A stretch of 64,000 nucleotides of DNA from an uncultured Patescibacteria group bacterium (GTDB taxonomy: Bacteria; Patescibacteriota; Microgenomatia; UBA10105; UBA927), in the NCBI GenBank assembly GCA_937921305.1, contig CAKZSU010000004.1, positions 22,316 to 86,315 on the forward strand, written 5' to 3'. Each line of letters starts with the position of its first letter. Position 1 is the stretch's first letter. Positions 10,321 to 20,505 of this stretch are shown here, piece by piece. The notes beneath the pieces were generated by a model. It searched no databases. It was not told the origin of the DNA and was given only the letters and a program-made list of their open reading frames with translations. The position numbers and the translations under genes are program-made.

Positions 10321-10857
10321 TTACTCTTTACGCAGTTCCCAAAAATCGCTTCCTTTTGCGTCCCATGACATGCGATATTCATCGGGATCATCGGCGTTGT
10401 ATTTGTTGTTTACGATATAGAGAATTTCAGCGTTGCGCGTCATGTGGTTTGCCGCGCCATGCGCGACGCCTCGAGGAATATATACGATCATATCTGATGA
10501 TAATGGAATTCGCATTGTGATATCCTGTGTGGGAGATGAAGTTCGGACATCCCAGAGTCCGAGAAGAAGTCTTGTTTCATCTGAAACGCTCCACAGTTCA
10601 TCCTGATAAAAATGAAGGTGCCACGCTTTGATTGTTTTTGGAAGCATCAACGATCTATTGATTTGCGCGATAGTAAAATCGAATAGTGGTGCGAATCCAT
10701 GGTTTATATCATTGGATCGAAGTAATTCTGTAAATGATCCATCCTCTGTTACATGCGTTTTAAGAGAGATGATTTTTACTCCATCAATGATTGTTTTTTT
10801 ATGAGATTGTTTGTGAATCAATGATTTTGCGTGTTCAATAAGATCGTTGCTATTCAT
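10321..10857 (-). CDS. dTDP-4-dehydrorhamnose 3,5-epimerase-like cupin
   Basis: IDGV, DGSFTE, IKAWHLH and IPRGVAHG motifs (RmlC family). Confidence 0.8.
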   Translation of the reverse strand: MNSNDLIEHAKSLIHKQSHKKTIIDGVKIISLKTHVTEDGSFTELLRSNDINHGFAPLFDFTIAQINRSLMLPKTIKAWHLHFYQDELWSVSDETRLLLGLWDVRTSSPTQDITMRIPLSSDMIVYIPRGVAHGAANHMTRNAEILYIVNNKYNADDPDEYRMSWDAKGSDFWELRKE

Positions 10858-10904
10858 ATATAGTTCATTGTACCATATGGCATGCGTGGATTGTTGAAGA
10901 TTGT

Positions 10905-13781
10905 ATGAAAACAATAAATGAGGAACAGCGACAAGCAATTGAACATGGCAATGGTCCGTTGATGATTATTGCAGGTGCTGGCACAGGGAAAACGACCGTT
11001 ATTACAGAGCGCATAAAGTATTTGATCCTTTTGGGTAAAGCAAAACCTCAAGAGATTCTCGCACTAACCTTTACAGAAAAAGCAAGCGAAGAAATGGAAG
11101 AACGAGTCGATCAGGCGTTGCCATACGGACTTGTTCATTTATGGATCTCCACATTTCATTCTTTTTGCGATCGCGTGCTTCGGGCTGATGGCATTCATAT
11201 TGGCATAAATCCAGATTACTCATTGATGACCGAAGCAGAGAGCATTCTCTTTTTTAAGAAGCATCTTTTTTCATTCGAACTGTCTTACTTTCGTCCGTTA
11301 GGAAATCCGTCAAAATTTGTCTCGGGCATGATCCAGCACTTTTCTCGACTAAAAGACGAAGATATCGATCCAATTGCATATCAGCGATGGGTTGACGGAA
11401 ACGAAGAATTAAAAGAGATCATTCAAGAATATGAACAATACAAAGAATTGGCGAATACCTACGAGATGTATCAACGATTAAAGATTGAACACGGCGTGTT
11501 TGATTTTTCGGACCTTATTTTTTACACGCTAAAGCTCTTTCGAGATCGTCCAAATATTCTAAAACGGTATCAAGAACAATTTCGATACATATTAATCGAT
11601 GAATTTCAAGACACGAATTACGCGCAAAATCAGCTCGTGTTGTTGCTTGCCGGAGAGAAGCAAAATGTAACAGTCGTTGGCGATGATGATCAGGCGATTT
11701 ATCGTTTTAGGGGAGCGGCGATTTCAAACATGATTCAATTTCGTCGATATTTTCCAAACGTTACAACAGTGGTATTGACAAAAAATTATCGATCGACAAA
11801 AGAGATTTTAGACAGATCGTACGATCTTATTCAACATAATAATCCCTATCGCTTAGAAATAGCGGAAGGCATAGACAAGAAATTGGAAAGTATGCGAAGA
11901 GTGAATGGACAAAACATAGAAGTGATTATTGCTGATCGTGTTGAATACGAAGCTGAAGCAGTAGCAAAGAAAATTCTCGATATTAAATCGGAGCGTGTCG
12001 GATTCCGTTGGAGCGATGTGGCGATTTTGGTTCGAGCAAATTCGCATGTGGAGCCATTTACGCGAGTGTTTGAAGGATGGAGAATTCCGTTTCAATTTTT
12101 AGGTCCCGGACAATTATTTCGTCAACCTGAAATAAAAGATCTTATTGCATATCTCAAAGTGTTATACGCGTTTGATGATAACATATCACTCTATCGAGTT
12201 TTGACGATGCCTATATTTGAGATAACCGGAGAAGAAATTGCGTCGTTGATGAATATGGCGAGAAATCAAGGAGAGTCTGTGTTTGAGGTGTGTCGATCTT
12301 TTTCTGAACAAACACCGCTTGGGAAGAAACTTAAACCAATCGTATCGATGATTCAGAAACATCTTGATATGGTCCGAACAGAAACTGCGGGACAAATTCT
12401 TTACTTCTTTTTAGAAGAAACCGGTATGTTGCGTCGACTTGCTCGGTACGAAACAGTTCGAGATGAACAAATCGCTCAAAATATAGCAACATTTTTTGAC
12501 AAGCTAAAAACATACGAACTTGAACATAAAGGTGACGCGTCAGTGTTTTCTGTTGTTGATTGGATTGATTTATCAATGAGTCTTGGCGAGTCTCCTCTTG
12601 CATCAACCATTGATTGGTCAAGAAACAACGCAGTGAATATCCTCACCGTGCATTCTTCAAAAGGATTGGAATTTCCAATTGTTTTCCTCGTCAATCTTGT
12701 CGATTCTCGGTTTCCGTCCATTGACAGGAAAGAACAAATTCCCATTCCGACAGCATTGATTAAAGAAATTCTCCCAGAAGGAGATCATCATCTTCAGGAA
12801 GAACGACGATTGTTTTATGTCGGCATGACGAGAGCGAGAGATTATTTGTGTTTTACCGCCGCGAGATATTACGGTGAGGGAAAGAAGGTAAAAAAATGTT
12901 CTCCATTCATTGTCGAAGCGGTAGGAGAAGATGAGATGCAAAAAGCGATACAGCAAGAGCGAAGCGAGCAAGGAAGGCAACTTTCGCTCCTTGAGGATTG
13001 GAAACCGAAAATAAAAGAAGAAACGCATTCTCGTGAAATCAAAGAATCTTTAATCCAAGTTTCCTATACTCAATTAGAGACATTCATGACGTGTCCGTTG
13101 CAGTACAAGTATCGGTATGTCGTGAGAATTCCTGCGCCTCCGGCGGCGGCGTTGTCGTTTGGACAGACATTGCATGAGACGATGCGAGTTTTTTTCACTG
13201 CCGTGAAAGAAGGAAAGCGTCCAAGCATCGATGATCTTCTTCGATGTTATCGCGAGCAATGGATTGCAAAAGGATATAAACATAGAGGGTATGAAGAGAA
13301 AATGAGACATCATGGAGAATCGCTTCTCAAAGCATTTTATGAACACGCGTATGATCCAACAGTTATTCCTCGCGATCTTGAGCAGTCATTTCGAATTAAA
13401 ATCACGCCAGCGATAAGATTGACGGGGAAAATAGATCGCGTTGATGTACTTCCAGATGGCAAGCTGGAAATTATTGATTATAAAACAGGACAATCTACAA
13501 AAAGCAAACGGGCAAAAGACGATCTTCAATTATCTATCTACGCGTTGTCTGCGACCGATCAGGGCGTGTATGGATATCGTCCGGAAGATGTGATTGTGTC
13601 GTTTTATTTTTTTGAAGGAGCGGAAAAAGTTTCAGCGACCAGAACAAAAGAACAATTGGAAGAAGCGAAAGAAAAGATCATTTTTTTTGTGAATGACATG
13701 CAAAAAGGAGTATATCCTCCAACTCCCGGAAAGCATTGCGACTTTTGCGAATTTCGCTTGTTATGCGAAGCGTGGCAGTAA
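10905..13781 (+). CDS. UvrD/PcrA-family helicase fused to C-terminal PD-(D/E)XK nuclease with 4-Cys Fe-S motif (AdnA/AddA-like)
   Basis: AGAGTGKT, DEFQD, GDDDQAIYRFRGA, KGLEF, EERRLFYVGMTRA; C-terminal SYTQL..CP, GKIDRVD, IDYKTG, CDFC..C. Confidence 0.9.
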   Translation: MKTINEEQRQAIEHGNGPLMIIAGAGTGKTTVITERIKYLILLGKAKPQEILALTFTEKASEEMEERVDQALPYGLVHLWISTFHSFCDRVLRADGIHIGINPDYSLMTEAESILFFKKHLFSFELSYFRPLGNPSKFVSGMIQHFSRLKDEDIDPIAYQRWVDGNEELKEIIQEYEQYKELANTYEMYQRLKIEHGVFDFSDLIFYTLKLFRDRPNILKRYQEQFRYILIDEFQDTNYAQNQLVLLLAGEKQNVTVVGDDDQAIYRFRGAAISNMIQFRRYFPNVTTVVLTKNYRSTKEILDRSYDLIQHNNPYRLEIAEGIDKKLESMRRVNGQNIEVIIADRVEYEAEAVAKKILDIKSERVGFRWSDVAILVRANSHVEPFTRVFEGWRIPFQFLGPGQLFRQPEIKDLIAYLKVLYAFDDNISLYRVLTMPIFEITGEEIASLMNMARNQGESVFEVCRSFSEQTPLGKKLKPIVSMIQKHLDMVRTETAGQILYFFLEETGMLRRLARYETVRDEQIAQNIATFFDKLKTYELEHKGDASVFSVVDWIDLSMSLGESPLASTIDWSRNNAVNILTVHSSKGLEFPIVFLVNLVDSRFPSIDRKEQIPIPTALIKEILPEGDHHLQEERRLFYVGMTRARDYLCFTAARYYGEGKKVKKCSPFIVEAVGEDEMQKAIQQERSEQGRQLSLLEDWKPKIKEETHSREIKESLIQVSYTQLETFMTCPLQYKYRYVVRIPAPPAAALSFGQTLHETMRVFFTAVKEGKRPSIDDLLRCYREQWIAKGYKHRGYEEKMRHHGESLLKAFYEHAYDPTVIPRDLEQSFRIKITPAIRLTGKIDRVDVLPDGKLEIIDYKTGQSTKSKRAKDDLQLSIYALSATDQGVYGYRPEDVIVSFYFFEGAEKVSATRTKEQLEEAKEKIIFFVNDMQKGVYPPTPGKHCDFCEFRLLCEAWQ

Positions 13782-13790
13782 AGCGGCTTA

Positions 13791-14615
13791 TTAATAATGC
13801 GTTGGATAATAGAGAGGAAATCCTCCAAATTCTTCTTTGAATCGCGTGAATCCAAGCCAATCTTTATTGGCATGAGGAAATCGTTCATCCCATACGCCAA
13901 GAAAATCAAAAAGCTTCATGCCTCGTTGTTTGGATCGTTTGATTGCTTCCCACGCAAGCAGTGTCGGCGCAGCGACAGATTTTCCCGCTTTCGTTCCTCC
14001 CGCGATCCAATAGTGTGCAACGTCTTCCCAACATATAAGAAAGATTCCAGCGACAAGTTGATGATTGTGATACGCAAGAAGTGTTGTCGCGTTATGCGGT
14101 CTGAACGCCTCCCATAATTGTTTCGCGCCTATCGTGGTTATCCATCCTAACATGCCGGCTGCTTTGCTTTTTATGGCGATAAGATCTGCAATATGTTCTG
14201 ATTCAACTACCGTGACATGATGTTTGATCGCTTTTCTCACCGCTCGTCGTTTTGCTTGACTTAGTGATGCAAATAGTTCATCTTCTGTTTTTGTAAGATC
14301 GATGCGGATTGTTTTTGTTGGGATATATGGAGAAGTTACAAGATGAACATATCGTCGAAGCGATCGCGCATAGTCTTTTAAGGATGTTTCATCTATGCCT
14401 GCCGAAGCTTCCAAGACAAGTCTTCTTACGCGATATCTTTTAAATATTGAAAGAAGATGATCGATATCAGGAAATGTTTCAAAGCGCTGCATTTTTGCGA
14501 ATCCTCCAAAGAATGGAAAACGCTTGATAAACATATTGACGCCATCAACGCGTTCTACGTGCCAGTGAAGTTTTTTAATGTATATCTCATAGAGTGGGGA
14601 TTGTTGCAATTCCAT
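13791..14615 (-). CDS. FemABX family peptidoglycan bridge peptidyltransferase
   Basis: LQQS, TIRIDL..EDEL, RRAVRKA, FDFLG and GFTRFKEEFGG. Confidence 0.8.
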   Translation of the reverse strand: MELQQSPLYEIYIKKLHWHVERVDGVNMFIKRFPFFGGFAKMQRFETFPDIDHLLSIFKRYRVRRLVLEASAGIDETSLKDYARSLRRYVHLVTSPYIPTKTIRIDLTKTEDELFASLSQAKRRAVRKAIKHHVTVVESEHIADLIAIKSKAAGMLGWITTIGAKQLWEAFRPHNATTLLAYHNHQLVAGIFLICWEDVAHYWIAGGTKAGKSVAAPTLLAWEAIKRSKQRGMKLFDFLGVWDERFPHANKDWLGFTRFKEEFGGFPLYYPTHY

Positions 14616-14618
14616 ATC

Positions 14619-15566
14619 TTATCGTTTTATCAAACGCAGCATATTCCATCGCATGACATCCGCGACGCGGTATAAATGGTAAGCCATAGGTGAGACGACG
14701 AGATCATATGAGCCAATAAACTCGATGAGCTCTGGATAAAACCCTTGCTTAAATGTGTGGAATCCATACCATGGATGATGCGGATCAGGGTTTGGTCCAA
14801 TCGCTCCCCAAAGGTCAAATGAAGTATAGCCATGTCGTTTTCCCCATCGAGCGATTTCCCAAAGTAACAAGTAAGAAGCCATCACTTCTCGATGCGATCG
14901 CGATGACGCGCCGTATGGATAATAAATAGTATCTTTAAAACAAAAGATGATCCATGCTGCAAGTGTTTTATGATTATACTCCGCAACCCATAGCTTTGCG
15001 ATGCCGGCGCCATGCATGATCTTCCACATGGTTTTATGATATTCTGGTGTGTGCGCATAAAATTTTTGTCGTTTTGTTGTCTCTTCTTGAAGTTTGAGAT
15101 ACATATTGAATGCTTCTTCTGATGAATCTTCTTTCACGATAACGCCGTGTCGTTGGGCGACTTTGATATTGTATCGAGTTTTTCGATGCATAGTTACGAG
15201 GAGTTCTTCTTCTGATTTTGTGAGGTTAAGAACAAAGGTATATTTGGTAAAAAGCGGATGATGAGAGGGAATGAGCGATGATGGTAGTGATTGTTTTGGA
15301 GTTGCCTGAACATTTGGTTCTAATTGGATAAATATAGCGTTATGTTCCTTCCCAACATCTTTGAGGATTGAGATCATTTCTTCTGTCGGAATTGGACCTT
15401 TTGGAAAATATCCAATTGTATAAGAGGTAAATGGAACGCTATGGAAAGTGAGTTGCCATCCGTGCGTTCTGACAACAGAAATCCCCATAGATGATCGAAA
15501 TTCTCCCCATTCCCATGATTGAAGCGGATGATGAACCTGTTTATTCCACGCTTTGGCGTTATTCAT
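14619..15566 (-). CDS. FemABX family peptidoglycan bridge peptidyltransferase
   Basis: HPLQSWEWG, PKGP, KTRYNIK, YYPYGAS, FDLWG and FKQGF. Confidence 0.88.
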   Translation of the reverse strand: MNNAKAWNKQVHHPLQSWEWGEFRSSMGISVVRTHGWQLTFHSVPFTSYTIGYFPKGPIPTEEMISILKDVGKEHNAIFIQLEPNVQATPKQSLPSSLIPSHHPLFTKYTFVLNLTKSEEELLVTMHRKTRYNIKVAQRHGVIVKEDSSEEAFNMYLKLQEETTKRQKFYAHTPEYHKTMWKIMHGAGIAKLWVAEYNHKTLAAWIIFCFKDTIYYPYGASSRSHREVMASYLLLWEIARWGKRHGYTSFDLWGAIGPNPDPHHPWYGFHTFKQGFYPELIEFIGSYDLVVSPMAYHLYRVADVMRWNMLRLIKR

Positions 15567-15623
15567 GATTCATTTATTATAGCGGATTGAGCTTTCTTGC
15601 TTTCGCATGATACACTAGCGGTA

Positions 15624-15851
15624 ATGATTAAGAAGAAGTCTCCACATAGAAAAAAGCCTGAACATCATCACCATAATCGCCCTATTCGATGGCTGCCGAT
15701 AAGCAGTCGATGGTTGCCATTAAAATTAACAAAAGTTACCGGAGTTGCGAGATTATTTTTAGAGATAGAAATTACACTGGCTATTTTTATTGTTGTTGGA
15801 GCAATAGTTGTAGGTATTTTAAACGTTGTTTCAACGCTCTTAAATAAGTAA
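15624..15851 (+). CDS. Small basic/His-rich single-TM protein
   Basis: Extended -10 (TGaTACACT) 7 nt before ATG 15624; K/H-rich N-terminus and C-terminal TM. Confidence 0.55.
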   Translation: MIKKKSPHRKKPEHHHHNRPIRWLPISSRWLPLKLTKVTGVARLFLEIEITLAIFIVVGAIVVGILNVVSTLLNK

Positions 15852-17699
15852 ATCTTCTTCTCTCCATCCCCGATCAAGTCCAAGCGATCGTTGATAGTCA
15901 ATCAAGTATTCTGGAATATCACTGATGAATCGAGATATTGTTGTGTGAATTCTGTTTCCATAGAGCATCCGTTTTAATGCGTATGTTAGGTATAATCGTT
16001 GTTTTGCTCTCGTGATTCCCACATAACAAAGACGTCGTTCTTCTTCAAGTTCTTCAGAATCCATGAGTGTTCTACTATGAGGAAATAATCCTTCTTCCAT
16101 GCCGACCATAAATACTGTGTCAAATTCCAATCCTTTTGCTGCGTGTATAGTCATAAGTGTGACTGCCGATCGTTGTTCATCTCGTTGTTTAAGCGATTCT
16201 GACTCATATTCTTGTTCCACCAACGCGACATTTTCTAAAAACGCGTAAAGGTCTGGGAATTCAGTAGCAACAGATCGAAGTTCTTTGATATTTTCCAATC
16301 TATACGCCTCTTCTTCGCTATTTGCGTCATAGAGAGATAGATAATCTGTCTCTTGAAGAACACGGTCAAGAAGTTCAATGGTAGAAAGCGAGATCAATTT
16401 TATATCTTTTTTCCATGATTCAAGGAAGGCAAGAAATTTTCTTAATCGTTGTTTTCCAAGTTTTTCAATACGCTTAAAAGAAACGCTGTCTTGAGGATTT
16501 GCGAGTATCCGTAAGTACGCAATAACATCTTTGATTTCTTTTCGCTCATAAAATCGTGTGCCTCCGATGAGAATGTAGGGTATTCCCGCGTGAAGCAATG
16601 CTTCTTCGATGCTTCGCGATTGCGCGTTGGTTCTATAGAGAATCGCGGACGCATGAAATGGCAATCCTGATTGGAGTATTGTTTGAACAATAAATGTTCC
16701 CTCGTCATATTCATTTCGAGCTTCGTAAAGGATAAGCGGATTTCCTTGCCCGTTTTGTGTCCATAAATGAAGAATGGGGTGTGATGTATTTTTTGAAATG
16801 ATATGGAATGCTGCGTCAAGAATACACTGAGTTGAACGATAATTTTGTTCTAATCGATACTCGATAAGGCGAGGAAAATCACGCTTGAGCGACACAATGT
16901 TTCTAAAGTCCGCTCCTCGCCATCGATAGATGCTTTGTGAGGCGTCTCCAACGACAACAAGATTTTCTTGGTCTCCTGTAAGGAGTTTTGAGAGTTCATA
17001 CTGCGGTGTATTTGTGTCTTGGTATTCATCAATCATAAGAAATTGATATTTCTCTTGATATGTTTTTCTGACAGATTCATGCGATTTCAAAAGTTCAACG
17101 GCAAAAACAAGAATATCGTCAAAGTCAATCGCGTTATTTTTTCGCAAGAGCGTTTGATACGTTGGATACACACGCGCGACAATCTCTTGGAAGTAGCCAT
17201 GAGCTATACTTTCATATTCTTTTGGAGATAATAATGCATTTTTCGCTTCAGATATGGTTCTTAAAACGCTTCCGGGGTGTATTTTTTTTGTTGATATATC
17301 AAGGTCGTTCATGACAGTTCTTATGACATCTACTTGATCCTGTTCGTCATAAATTACAAATATTTGTGGAATACCAATCAAATATCCATGCATGCGCAAG
17401 AGACGAGCGCAGAACGCATGAAATGTTCCAGTGTAAGGAATGAATCTATCTTTTTGATAAGAGGAGAGAAGTGATTGTATCCGATGTTTCATTTCTTTTG
17501 CAGCTTTATTGGTAAATGTAACGAGTAGAATATTGTTAGGAGAAATATTGTGATGAACGATAAGATGCGCGGTTCGGTGGGTTAATACTTTTGTTTTTCC
17601 GCTTCCAGCTCCCGCGAGGATGATCGCAGGTCCATGAAGATGCGTTGCTGACCGCAATTGATCAGTGTTTAATGAAGAAAGAATAGGGTCCGTCGTCAT
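15840..17699 (-). CDS. pcrA: ATP-dependent DNA helicase PcrA/UvrD
   Basis: AGAGSGKT, DEYQDTN, QSIYRWRGA, YRTNAQSR and EERRLCYVGITRA. Confidence 0.93.
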   Translation of the reverse strand: MTTDPILSSLNTDQLRSATHLHGPAIILAGAGSGKTKVLTHRTAHLIVHHNISPNNILLVTFTNKAAKEMKHRIQSLLSSYQKDRFIPYTGTFHAFCARLLRMHGYLIGIPQIFVIYDEQDQVDVIRTVMNDLDISTKKIHPGSVLRTISEAKNALLSPKEYESIAHGYFQEIVARVYPTYQTLLRKNNAIDFDDILVFAVELLKSHESVRKTYQEKYQFLMIDEYQDTNTPQYELSKLLTGDQENLVVVGDASQSIYRWRGADFRNIVSLKRDFPRLIEYRLEQNYRSTQCILDAAFHIISKNTSHPILHLWTQNGQGNPLILYEARNEYDEGTFIVQTILQSGLPFHASAILYRTNAQSRSIEEALLHAGIPYILIGGTRFYERKEIKDVIAYLRILANPQDSVSFKRIEKLGKQRLRKFLAFLESWKKDIKLISLSTIELLDRVLQETDYLSLYDANSEEEAYRLENIKELRSVATEFPDLYAFLENVALVEQEYESESLKQRDEQRSAVTLMTIHAAKGLEFDTVFMVGMEEGLFPHSRTLMDSEELEEERRLCYVGITRAKQRLYLTYALKRMLYGNRIHTTISRFISDIPEYLIDYQRSLGLDRGWREEDLLI

Positions 17700-17760
17700 A
17701 CAATTGTTTTATCCTATCACAACTTAACGAAATTACGATAGAAATAACGAAGACTGAATT

Positions 17761-19059
17761 TTACCAAGCGAGTCCAATAAATCCGGCGAGAATTAGCCCA
17801 ATGGCAAAGATAAAGAGAATATGTGTTGGTGTTGTTATCCCTGTCGTTGGAATATTGGGAGTCGGCGTTGGAGTTGGTTCCTCTGTGGGAGTTGGCATTT
17901 CGGTAATCGTCGCTGATGGCGTTGCGTCTCCCAAAACTTGTATTCCGCTTTTCATGATGGTGAATGCATGTGTGATTGTTACTGGTGTATGATCTTTATC
18001 AATTGTCGTCATCGTTACTTTTTGTTTGCCTGCCCCAATGGGTTTTGATGGTGTAAGTCGCCATTCTCCGTCAGATCGAACTCTCGTTGTATACACATAT
18101 GGTTCTTTTTCGCCTAATAACAGAGTGACAACATTTCCAGGTATTCCTCGTCCGGCAAAAAGTGGAGGATCGGAGATAACAATGCCGTTATTGACCGGAT
18201 GAAGAAGTTGAACAGAGATGTGTTTTTCATCAGGTGTAACTGTTCCAAGAACAGAAGAGAATGAGTTGTTGTCAGCCACCTCTTGTTGCATTTTTCGTTT
18301 GCCTTGTCCTCTGAAATCGTATGAGTTGCCAAGAATGATTGTCGGCACAGGTCGAGCGTTTGCGTTGTCTGTTATAACCTTTGTTTCTTCTCCTTGATAT
18401 CGAATTGTAATAAAAATATCTCCTGTTTCTTCTGTTGGTTCAATAAGTCGAGTGAGATCGTTTGAACGCAATAAATTAAGAGGGATCATCCATGATCCCG
18501 ACGGCTTCACTATGCCTGATAGTGTTTGGCTATTTGTTCCTAACGAAACGAACACGATTGCTCCTTCTGCTGGAGTGTTATCTTTTGTCATAATTGATCC
18601 ATAAATAGGGAGCATGCCGTTTGTGTCTATTGATAATGTTGGTCCTGTTCGGACAGAAGAAACAGCTGGATAAACAAATGATTTTCCATTAATGAGGAGT
18701 TCGATTGCATACTCTGTATTAGGTTGCAAACCCCTGACGGGTATACTTGTTGTTATATATTTTTTTTGTTCGCTTGTATGATATCGTTCATCAAAAAATG
18801 TTTGCTGCTTTCCATCCGGAAGGGTTATTCGAAGCGCTGAAAATGATGGCTTTGTTGTTTCCCAAATCACAGTAAATCCTGAATCTGTTATTGATGTTAT
18901 CTCGATATTTTGAGGAGAGAGTTCAACATTTGCTCGAGCATTTTCTTTCATAAGATAGTTAATCCCTGTTGCTAGTCCTGCGATTATCGCGATGACGATA
19001 AAAATTCCAACGATTGTTGGTATTTTTATTTGTTTTTTATATAGTGGATGATCGTTCAT
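17761..19059 (-). CDS. Secreted FN3/Ig-like surface protein with C-terminal IPTTG + TM sorting signal
   Basis: N-terminal TM; FN3-like (FTVIWET..GLQPNTEY); Ig-like; PTPT linker; IPTTG followed by a hydrophobic tail. Confidence 0.7.
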   Translation of the reverse strand: MNDHPLYKKQIKIPTIVGIFIVIAIIAGLATGINYLMKENARANVELSPQNIEITSITDSGFTVIWETTKPSFSALRITLPDGKQQTFFDERYHTSEQKKYITTSIPVRGLQPNTEYAIELLINGKSFVYPAVSSVRTGPTLSIDTNGMLPIYGSIMTKDNTPAEGAIVFVSLGTNSQTLSGIVKPSGSWMIPLNLLRSNDLTRLIEPTEETGDIFITIRYQGEETKVITDNANARPVPTIILGNSYDFRGQGKRKMQQEVADNNSFSSVLGTVTPDEKHISVQLLHPVNNGIVISDPPLFAGRGIPGNVVTLLLGEKEPYVYTTRVRSDGEWRLTPSKPIGAGKQKVTMTTIDKDHTPVTITHAFTIMKSGIQVLGDATPSATITEMPTPTEEPTPTPTPNIPTTGITTPTHILFIFAIGLILAGFIGLAW

Positions 19060-19060
19060 A

Positions 19061-19273
19061 TTATTCAGTATTTTTCTTCATTCTTGTTTCCAGTATATCC
19101 AGTATGCCAGTATCTATTTCTGTATTCAATGGTTGAATGATTTGTTGTGTTCTTGATTGTATTGTTGGTGTTTTTGTTGTTTTGACGAGCTCAAAAAATA
19201 TCCATAAAGAAACTGTTAAAAAACTAAAAACAGATACAAGCAAAAGATCTTTATCGCTTTCTTCTCTGTACAT
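19061..19273 (-). CDS. Small single-TM protein in the pilNO cluster
   Basis: 70 aa with one TM, directly downstream of pilO. Confidence 0.6.
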   Translation of the reverse strand: MYREESDKDLLLVSVFSFLTVSLWIFFELVKTTKTPTIQSRTQQIIQPLNTEIDTGILDILETRMKKNTE

Positions 19274-19291
19274 AATTCTATAATAATAGAT

Positions 19292-19939
19292 TTATTCTTC
19301 TTTTGAATATATGTGTATCGTCATCGCGACGTGAACGCGACCTTCTTTCCTTGGTATTGCTGTCATTTCGGCAATATTTGCTATTCTTTCCATCGAGTAG
19401 ATATTCCCAATTATTTCTTTCATGTTTTCATATGTTCCTTCAATAGCGAGAAAAATTGGCGTTGTTTCGAAATCTTTGGATTGTTGTTTTTTATTTGATG
19501 ATGGTAATTCGGATTGATGTTTTATTTGGTTTTTTTTTAATCGCGTTTCTTCAATATTCAATGAAATAATTGTTATATCATATTGGTTCGCAATAGTTCG
19601 AAGTTCAAAGATAAACGGCATGATGTTTGGGGATGGAGGGATTGCCTCTTTTAAAAGCGCTATCCGAGGAGAAAGATTTTGATATATCGCTTGCGCTTCC
19701 ACAAGGTTTGTGATTTTTGTTTCCATTTGTTCATTCACTTGCGTGTTATCTTTGATTTCTTTTCGCAAAGAAAGAATTGTTTGGAGCGTTGGACGTATGG
19801 CGTACCAAGCAAAAAGTGAAACTGTTAAAAATGAAAGAATTGTTGTGGTATAAACACGATGTTTCGGTTTTTCAATAATTCCGCCGATTGGTTGATAGTA
19901 TTTTCGGAATATTTTTTTTGATTGACTATTGTTATTCAT
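19292..19939 (-). CDS. pilO: Type IV pilus assembly protein PilO-like
   Basis: TM, coiled coil, AIP and GTYEN..RI pattern; follows pilN with 4-nt overlap. Confidence 0.7.
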   Translation of the reverse strand: MNNNSQSKKIFRKYYQPIGGIIEKPKHRVYTTTILSFLTVSLFAWYAIRPTLQTILSLRKEIKDNTQVNEQMETKITNLVEAQAIYQNLSPRIALLKEAIPPSPNIMPFIFELRTIANQYDITIISLNIEETRLKKNQIKHQSELPSSNKKQQSKDFETTPIFLAIEGTYENMKEIIGNIYSMERIANIAEMTAIPRKEGRVHVAMTIHIYSKEE

Positions 19940-20481
19940 TTTAACAACGCTTTAACCTGAAATTCCAGTCCCTTTGTTGGATTTTTTCTTATGTGTGATA
20001 CCTCAATAGAGGCAAATTGTTGTTCTTGACTCATGCGCAACAAGAGCAATGACAAACTGTTTGTATTTCCGGCGACTGCGGATATATGCATTGTTTTTCC
20101 CGAAACAGAAAATTCTGTTATATATGTGTCGCTGGGAATGATTGTTTGTAGAAAAGATAATAATTGAGATGTATTCATTTGGTTATTTAAAAGGTATTTT
20201 GTAGTCAACAATCTCTTTTGGAAGTTTTTAAATTCTTCTTCAAATCGTTGATTCGCTTCAAGAATAATTTTTTTTTGTTCGATTTCTTCGCGAAGATCTA
20301 CAAGTTTTCTGTCGAGGCTAAATCGAGAAATAAAGGCAAGCAGAACAATAACTTCTGTGGCAATCATGATGTACCTTCCATAGGTTATTGCCCACGAGAT
20401 AAGTCTATCAATTGGTGAAGTGTTGAAGTTTCCTTGTCCAAGAAGATTGATAAAAATGGATTGGGCAGGAATAGAAGACAT
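19936..20481 (-). CDS. pilN: Type IV pilus assembly protein PilN-like
   Basis: INLL N-terminal PilM-binding motif, TM, coiled coil, IPSDTYI. Confidence 0.72.
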   Translation of the reverse strand: MSSIPAQSIFINLLGQGNFNTSPIDRLISWAITYGRYIMIATEVIVLLAFISRFSLDRKLVDLREEIEQKKIILEANQRFEEEFKNFQKRLLTTKYLLNNQMNTSQLLSFLQTIIPSDTYITEFSVSGKTMHISAVAGNTNSLSLLLLRMSQEQQFASIEVSHIRKNPTKGLEFQVKALLK

Positions 20482-20505
20482 AGTTTTACGTACTCATTCC
20501 AGATA

